From contig NIVC01003758.1 in assembly GCA_002269645.1 (NCBI GenBank), forward strand, positions 1-33,535: a stretch of 33,535 nt of DNA, written 5' to 3'. A program made the translations under genes and the position numbers. Below are positions 25,976 through 33,535 of the stretch, piece after piece. Position 1 is the first letter of the stretch. Each line of letters begins with the position of its first letter. The notes under the pieces are model-generated. The model had not been told where the DNA came from. It searched no databases and saw only the letters and a program-made list of their open reading frames with translations. This DNA is from Macrostomum lignano (lineage: Eukaryota).

Positions 25976-27483
25976 TATCTCATAGCTACATAGCTACATA
26001 TCTCATAGCTCAGCAACATTGAAAATTTTCCACCCTCGCGCCAGCCGTGTATATTTAGAGTTTCAAAACAGGTTTTTGTCGCCAGACTTGTGCCATAGAC
26101 GATTGATGATTTCGTCAACACAAACTTGGGCCATAGACAAAAACTTGGGCCATAGACGTCAGACAGGTCGAAGGAAATAACAGTCACATGGAGCAGACCC
26201 ATGCTGCGATCCCGTAAGCATCCATTACGGGATGCTTAGCCACGCCTGACCCCAACCCATTTGTTTTTGTTTGAGTTAGACCTCAGATTTTAGAATACAT
26301 GCAAAAATAGTTCCGGGGATTGGAGTTTCCCCGGGTTCAAAATCCGCGGGTTTCAACAGCTTGTCACTATATATATTTCTCGTAGATTAAATGACTCTAG
26401 CCAATACACGATTACGAGCCGTTTAAGCACGCTTTTGCGTTTAATGCACGCTTTTACAATAATTAAATCGTGTTAAAATAGTTTTTAATTCCATATAAAA
26501 GATCTAAAAAGCCTTTTATTACAAGCAACTTCACTACTATCAGGGACTTTCCAAGTCAGTAATCTAGATTAGAAACTGGATTGTTGAGATATGAATTTGT
26601 GTACATACAAAAATTATCAGATTTGAGACCATCGCGCGATTTAAAAAAAACTATCTGTCTAACAGTTTTAGAACTCGAAGAATTATAGAAAAAATACATT
26701 CAGGAAAAACTGAGTAGAAAATAGGGAAAAAATTTTTATCTTTAAAGCAACCGTCAAAAGCAGAAATGTGAAAGTCATTTTTATACACTTTTCACACTTC
26801 GGCCTATTTAACTGAAATTATAATCCTGTTAGAATAGTTAGTTAACGAAAAGTGAAAAATACATATTGGACTTTTGCAAGTTGCTCCGTAATTTTTTTCG
26901 GATTTTCCTGGTATTGATTTTACTCTCTTTTGCTCTTTTGCTCTTTGGCTGGATATCAAAGAATGGGATCATAGGGTACAAAGACAAAGCATTTTTAGCA
27001 ATCCTAAGGTCAATAAATAATTTTTTGCGTATAATTAAAAGATGTGTTGAGTACAAAACATACGATTGATTTTAATAACAGTGCAAAATGTGTTGTGTCG
27101 TGTAACCTGACAGACCAACTTAATGATAGATAATATTTTACGCTAATATTTCTACTATAACGTATATGATAACTATATTATTATTATTATTATTGTCTAT
27201 TACTTATACTGCCACTTTAAGTAGAGTAGTTGATAAATTATCTGTGTAATGTATTATTAATCACGTGATATCTCTAGCTCTTTTATTTATCGATCATGCA
27301 GTTTTTCTTAAATAGCAAAAATATAAATAAAGCAACTGTGCGCACCTAGCACTTTACTTTTCAACTCAACTGGAAAACTTCAAGCCTTGGCTACACACCA
27401 AAATGAGCTACAATCAAATTGCTAGAGTAACGAAAGGTAAATAGATGAGAAGTTACAACGTATTGATGAATGATCGTTTAACT

Positions 27484-28534
27484 TCAGTCTGAAAAACTCT
27501 CCATAAGAAATGTAGCAAATTCAGCGGGCGAAAAAAATGCGAAGAAGGAAAAGCTTTTACGACCTCGTACAGATGCCTGCAGGCCGCTACTCGAGACCGA
27601 AATCAAGAGCATATCACCCTCGGGGTCCATCAGTCCGTAGTCTCTGAAAGATTTTCGGATGTGTCTTTAAATTGCGAAATAAATTAAAGTACAGAAAGAA
27701 GTAGTCAATATTCTCTTATACGACGTAGTAAAATGCTCAGCTTTTTAGCATAAAATGCTCATTGTTTAGCAATTTGACGATCATTATTTACATTTTTAGT
27801 GCAGAACAATCCATTGCTACAAACAATGCATTGTCTGTAGGATCGTCAAACAGAAAAACAATGCAAAGAATCAGCGGTCGCATCACGTGACAACGATTTG
27901 TCTATGGCTCGCGCCTACCGGCGCTCGCCAGACAATCGTTGTCACGCACTGGGACCGCTGATTATTTATCCATTACCAACATGCGTCACACAAGCTTACA
28001 AATTGTCTAAGCAGTACGATGCGCAGCTTGATGAGGCCAACGAAGAGGATGATCCTCCGGAGATTCCTCCGATAATAAACCGGGGAATCTGAATAAATGG
28101 TACCACCGCAGTCCAAAGAGATTGATAGCTGACGGATTCCCCGTTGATCACACGGCGCACAAAGCTCTCACAGTTTTTAAAGAACAGGTCGTACCCTTCC
28201 TCGCCAACTCTCCAGAGGCACTCCCAGATCACTCGTGCCCTTTTGCTCTCACTGCAACTGCAGCAGTACACTCTAATAGTAGAATTCTGCACAACGGCTC
28301 TGAAGTCATCCAGTCTAACGGATGCTTTTGGCTGCGTGCTGGCACCACCTGACAGGTGGCAGATCAGAGGAATCGGCCCGAATTCCCGCCCCTGGGAAAA
28401 GCTAGGCCCAAGTAGATCGCAAAGTGATACAAGCCAATTCTGTTGAAGCTGATGGCCGAGCCTGGAGTCATGGCTTTCAAAGCAGATTCGACAGATTCGA
28501 AGTCTCTGTAGCCGTTAGTCCAGCCAACGCACAT
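27484..28534 (-). pseudogene. LRAT paralog 3: 1-nt deletion near 28375; exon 2 keeps the linker but lacks the zinc finger (exons 28534-28000, 27643-27484)
   Basis: MCVGWTNGY...YHFAIYLG in one frame, and PIPLICHLSG...FFKNCESF in the next. Exon 1 is 535 nt versus 536 nt in paralogs 1 and 5. The phase-2 intron TT|GTAAGC...ctttcag|A leads to DYGLMDPEGDMLLISVSSSGLQASVRGRKSF... and a stop without the Cys/His ligands. Confidence 0.75.
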
Positions 28535-28663
28535 GTCTGCTGTTAGCTCTGTTTGCTTGCAGGAGTTCCGTTTTCGCAATATGGAAAGCTGTGTTATATA
28601 GCTGCATGCTGAAATCAAGTAATTTTTATTCAAGTTTTAGTGTCTTTTGCATGAATTTTCCGC

Positions 28664-28683
28664 GGTAGTTCCACGGAATTTCC
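28664..28683. promoter_or_regulatory. 20-bp motif (reverse complement ggaaattccgtggaactacc), about 130 nt upstream of the paralog 3 ATG
   Basis: 18/20 identical to the motif at 32172-32191; a partial second copy (ttttccgcgg) lies just 5'. Confidence 0.45.
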
Positions 28684-30785
28684 GACACAAAGTCCCAGTA
28701 TACAAAAACCCAAACTTTTTTGTGCGAACTTCCCCTTTTTAAACTCTAAGCCTGAGATAAATAACATTTGAGCATAGTTAATAGTAATATACACATATGT
28801 ACTCAAGTACCCATCGAGTACTCGTGCTTGTTATGAGATGAGGTGCGCTGCATGGACAAAAGGAAAGCTGAGCAAAGCCAACTGGCACATTTTATTTCAT
28901 TATGGAAAACTTGAAAAATTAAAATATAATATAATACCTGCTTCTCCTACTTTGAGAACAGAATAAAAATTTTAGCACCTGGGCAACGCTTGGACGCGCA
29001 TAATATTTTAATAGCTTAACGCCAGGAATAAAATTTATTTTGCTTAGCAGGCAAATCTCGTGATAGGCTCCTGGTATTTTTACCCGAAGCAGTTTCCATA
29101 GGCGCTATTGCAGCACCAGCAAGCTCAAGCTCCCACAGCATCGATTTGTGTACTCTCTTAAGGTCTACGTTTCATACATATTTGAATCATCAGATGTCAA
29201 ACATTCACGGATGTGCTGTTTTTCGGCCTCCTTCCTTCCTGTGACATTTTAGTGCAGTATGCGTAAACGATTCCTCCTGTATCCCTTGGTGCATTACAGG
29301 TGATGATTCTTAAAAGCCTGGAGTTTGGACATCTGCTCAATCGGTTGGACCTCTCTTTGGTTATTAGCTTGTTTTACTCATCTTCTTGAATGAGTTGCTA
29401 TCAGTGTTTTAATAATTGGCACAATATTTTGTAACTTCAATAGATGTACCAGTTGTGCCATCTACATGTACAGTGAAACCCTTTTACACAGGATGGCAGT
29501 AGATTGTATTGTGCAGCAGGTGTGTTGAGACTCCACAGAAGCCTCTGGTGTGCACGGGATCCACAGTGAGGGATTGCCAGGAATGGGTAGGCAGGAAAGG
29601 TTATAACGACTAACGATGTTTCAGCTATCTGCATAAACATATAGATGAGATGCAAGCGTGTAAAACTGATTTGAACAAGTAATTAGCAAGCGTAGTTCGC
29701 GAGAAATACGCTCGACATCATGAAATAGAATGCACTTTTCTGGAAATAAAGTTTCAAGGACAACGAGCTATATGATTCTAAGGTTTATCACGGATTTTCC
29801 ATGGAATTTCTGAGGATTTTCCATGGACTTTATATTCAAAGATATTTACAGTTCAGCTTGAAAGAAAATCGAAAAATGAAGTTCCTTATTCCCAAGCTTA
29901 CCACAGCTAGTATTAGCACGCAGACTGTTGGAACCAATAACGTACATTAAATGCAGAATGTACATGTTTTTTTGCATTTCGTACTTTCAAGCCCGACTGC
30001 CACAGTTGTAAAGGCTTCTACTTATCTTTCCTTTCATTCCGTACTTCCGTGCCCATTTTAGAAATCCTCTAGCTCGCAATGACGAGTGCATGGACAGCGA
30101 GTTGCTCAGTCATATTAGTTGCTTTAATCACCTGGCATGCATATTTCAGAACTTTCATAGACAGTGGGTACACTGTCTCTCTAAACTATTGCAAACTTTA
30201 GTAAGCTTTTTGTATTTCCTTTTTGACTAGCTGCGTACACAACACGGAAACAAACCACTAGTATACTGTTGGCTTTAAATTGGTCTATTTGCATTATTTT
30301 ACAATAGCTACTACGAGCTACTAGCAGTAAATTTGGACCGCTACTCAATTTTATAAACGTCTTAGTAGACTGGTGGCTCTTTAGTTTATTCTGTCGCATA
30401 CACTCAGAAAGTGCCGTAAAAAGCACGTGTAAGTGGTTAGTTAAAAAGATTTGCTTCAAAACCATCGAAAACGTCTTAATTGTCTTTAACAATAATAAAA
30501 GCTGTACAGTAAACTGAAAGCATTATGAAGCCTGGGATTATTACTAAAATATCAGTTAAAAAGATTCATAGCTTAAGAATAATGGGGTCGTACTATAAAG
30601 CTGTCGTAGCGTAGGTTCGATCGTAAGTCGGAACTTTTTCACTGCGGAGATACATGTAGGAGCTAAGAACGATCTTATCTTACTATGGCTTCATAGAACG
30701 GGCCCAGAATCTTTCTCACTGATAAACAGAGTGTAGTCCAATGCATAAAGTTGTGTAAAACAATGTGTTTTTTGTAAAATAAGGG

Positions 30786-31771
30786 CTAACAAGAAGATGA
30801 GAGAGAGCCGTCACATTCGACTGATGAAGTAGATTCTTCTTGAAGATCCAGTTGCAGAGGCAGTTGCACTGCCTCGGATTTCATGGCGTGAGAGCACCGG
30901 CACACATTCTCAGACACAATTCCAGTTCGAAAAATACATTTTGCATGGCAAAGCTTCTGGCATGGCCGGCACACCGCCATCTTTTCACTGCCGCTGCAGC
31001 TTCTGCAGGTGTAGAGAAACTGCATTGGAAACGTGCTTAAGCCTCCGAATTCCCTTGTGCAGACAGAATTCAACTTGACGCCTTGTAAATGTAAACCATG
31101 CTTTGACAATATAATCTCTATTAGATCTCTTTCCGGATTAAGAAGTCCCAGTGATCTGAAATGGGAAAGCAGGCAGTGAATAACCATGCATCAGGATGCA
31201 GAAAAAGTAAAGAATTTCTCAACATTTACCGATTCTCCTCAAATTTGGATGCGCAGTTCGATGAAGCAGACGAAGTGGCGGCCCCGACTACAGCGCTACC
31301 CAGAAGAATTCGCGGCAGCTGAATTAACGGAGCTGCAAGAGTCCAAACGGCCTGATAGCTGGTGCTCTGACCGCAAATCACTTCTCTCACAAAGTGCTCG
31401 CAGTTGTTGGTCAGCGGATTGTAGCCAGCCTTGCCAACTAGATAGAGGCAATTGAGGATCACCTGAGATCTCTTGCTCGCGCTGCATTTGCAGTTGTACA
31501 CCCGGATGGTGCAGCTCTGGACGATGTCTCTGAAGTCGTCAAGTCGAACAGACGCCACCGGCTTCGTGCTGGCGTCTCCGGAGAGGTGGCACAGCAGCGG
31601 GATGGGCTCCGAGTCGTCGCCCTTGGGCCAGGCCCAGCCCAGGAAAACGGCGAAGTGAAAGAAGCCGATTCTGTTGAAGCTGACGGCGGACCCGGGCACG
31701 GCGGCAACGATCGCTTCTTCGACTCTGTCCGAAGCAAAGTCCGAGTAGCCGTTTGTAAAGCCGACGCACAT
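30786..31771 (-). CDS. LRAT/H-NC domain + UBR-box-like zinc finger protein, paralog 4 (exons 31771-31230, 31155-30786; 303 aa)
   Basis: A 74-nt phase-2 intron (CG|GTAAAT...ccatttcag|A) joins the LRAT exon (HFAVFLG, CHLSG, NNCEHF) to SLGLLNP...CTREFGGLSTFPMQFLYTCRSC..AVCRPCQKLCHAKC...VCRCSH. From recall, this resembles the FBXO11/UBR4-type UBR box (..SYPMHDFYRCHTC..AICVNCIKKCHQGH..FCDCG). Confidence 0.88.
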
Positions 31772-32171
31772 GACTTGAGGTGAAATGTGGTAAACAAGAT
31801 CCTTTTTGGACAGCCGAGACAGTTTGTTGGCTGATAAACTATCTAGTACGCTCTGCTGCAGTTTTTTTTCTAGAGCACTACGCCAAGTTCATTGTTTGTG
31901 CAAGCCAATCTGCAATCTACTTGCTTTTTCGACTGAAATTCGACTGAAGCGCAACAACCTACATGCTGAGTTGGTCATACGCAGATTGTACAGAACTAAA
32001 GTGACGCGTGAAAGACCTTGGACGCACTTGCGAATTTGTTTGCGTCCTTTTGTACAGCGAGTACGCTTTTATGCTACCTGTGGCTTTAAAAGTAAAATAC
32101 CTTTCTATACCATTGTACGGTGGTGAAAGGCGAGTCTGATGTTTTTGAAAGATGTAGAAGATAGAACTAAA

Positions 32172-32191
32172 GGAAATTCCATGGAAATACC
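32172..32191. promoter_or_regulatory. 20-bp motif ggaaattccatggaaatacc in the divergent promoter shared by paralogs 4 and 5
   Basis: 110 nt upstream of the paralog 5 ATG; matches the copies at 22160, 28664 and 29792. Confidence 0.45.
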
Positions 32192-32300
32192 TTCAAGTCT
32201 TTGGTTCCATATTTCTCTCTATTATATCTCTATTGTATTAGTGTAGTAAGGCTGTTTGTTTTCACGCCATCAAGTGTATTTCACACAAAAGTTTAGAAAA

Positions 32301-33324
32301 ATGTGTGTCGGTTTTACTAATGGCTACGACGATTTTTCAGCATCGCGGGCCGATGACGCTCTGAAAGCCATGGTCCCAGGCTCCGCCATCAGCTTTAATC
32401 GAGTCGCTCTTGGCCACTTCGCCATCTTCCTAGGTTGGGCCTTCCCCAGAGGCGGGCAATCGGACCCGGTGCCTCTCCTGTGTCACTTCTCGGGCGAAGT
32501 TGCTTCGAATGCAAGAGTTTCCGTTCGAATCGATGACTTCCGCGACGTTGTCGGACTTTCTCCCATTCGAGTTTTCCACTGCAAGTGTAGCGCCGAGAAG
32601 CGAGCTCGAGTAGTGCTGGACTGCCTAAAACGAGTCGGAGAGACCAACTACAATCTAATGAAGAATAACTGCGAACATTTTGTTCGCGAGGTTATCAATG
32701 GAAAAGGAGAAAAGAAGAGCTACCAAGCTCGCCTTGCTGTACTACAGATTCCAAGACTCCCTCTCGGTGCTTTCTTCTGGAGCTCATCTTCGTCGGCCCT
32801 TGCAAAGAAGTGCTGCAAAATTAGCTTAACGAATGGGTGAGTCAAAATTAAAATAAATTTTCCTAATGTTATCCTTCTGGACACTTAAAAACATATTTTC
32901 GAATCGCAGTTCGTACGGCCTGTTCGATCCTCTGATGGACCTGCTGGAGATCATGGTTGACAATAACGGGCTCAGTGCAACTGTTCAGAAATACGCCAAA
33001 TGTACTGCTGACTTTTTTGCGTGCAAGGACGCTCGGTTTGTGCAGGAACTTTACCACAGCAGTTCGAATCAAGTAGTCTGCAGGCCCTGTAGGGAAGGGT
33101 GCCACGGGGGCTCCCTAACCAACTGTGTGAGTTACGTCATTTCGGACGTGTGTCGATGCAGTCACGACCGGCAGGAGAGCGAAGAACCGGCTGAACTGAT
33201 CGATGAGCCTGAGCTGCCTGCTGCTGCTCCTGGTCTATTCAATGATCCTTCTATTGACGCTTTGTGTGAATTGGAGATTCGCCGTTTCAAGAGAGAGGAA
33301 GAAACGTTAGGTATTTTAATCTGA
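32301..33324 (+). CDS. LRAT/H-NC domain + degenerate UBR-box-like finger protein, paralog 5 (exons 32301-32836, 32910-33324; 316 aa)
   Basis: A 73-nt phase-2 intron (GG|GTGAGT...gaatcgcag|T) joins the LRAT exon (GHFAIFLG, CHFSG, KNNCEHF) to SYGLFDP...CTADF..QELYHSSSNQVVCRPCREGCH...VCRCSH, followed by an acidic tail. Confidence 0.88.
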
Positions 33325-33535
33325 AAGACAACTATATATTTAACGGTTTGTGGACAGATAATTTAAATATCAGTTTGTGGAATGATAATAAATATCCGTT
33401 CATAGATGCACTTAGCTTACGCAAGTATAGATGCACTTAGTTACGCAACAATCAGTAAAAATAACGACAGAAACCAGATTTATTTCGAATAAAATCAATT
33501 TTACATGCTTTAAATCTTTTCCTCTAAAATATATT

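Noticed and set aside
25738-26245. hAT-like start (tagggttggcaaact) and overlapping hairpins near 26207-26238
   Set aside because: No matching opposite TIR, TSD or clear Helitron CTRR end was found.
29100-29660. Possible decayed transposase or coding remnant on the minus strand
   Set aside because: All frames are interrupted and no motif was recognisable.
33402-33448. Short tandem duplication atagatgcacttag(c)ttacgcaa x2
   Set aside because: A simple local duplication downstream of paralog 5 with no sign of function.

Overview
Eukaryotic, intron-containing genomic DNA. It is most likely from an invertebrate; the short introns, flatworm-style orphan GPCR and repeat types suggest a free-living flatworm such as Macrostomum, but this is inference only. 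Hand-splicing shows that the ORF track fragments most real genes. Left half: the 3' end of an unknown gene, a 4-exon RNF217-like membrane-anchored RBR E3 ligase with a duplicated IBR-RING2 module, a 2-exon secreted peptide precursor ending in an amidation signal (not in the ORF track as such), a peptide-receptor-like rhodopsin GPCR with a 1-nt frameshift, and a frameshifted fibrinogen-related gene. Right half (16-33.3 kb): a cluster of six LRAT/H-NC (permuted papain-like NlpC/P60) genes. Five are paralogs in which the LRAT exon is spliced, through a conserved phase-2 intron, to an exon with a GL(I/L/M/F)(D/N)P linker and a UBR-box-like zinc finger; the finger is degenerate in one copy and lost in another. 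All five start Met-Cys-Val-Gly, and four have a shared 20-bp quasi-palindromic motif upstream. The sixth fuses a multi-CxxC zinc-ribbon region to an LRAT domain. Repeats include three tRNA-derived SINEs, two 5'-truncated RNase H-type LINE fragments (one with a 15-bp TSD), a foldback/Mutator-like non-autonomous element with a 9-bp TSD, and several micro/minisatellites. No CRISPR, rRNA or genuine tRNA gene was seen.
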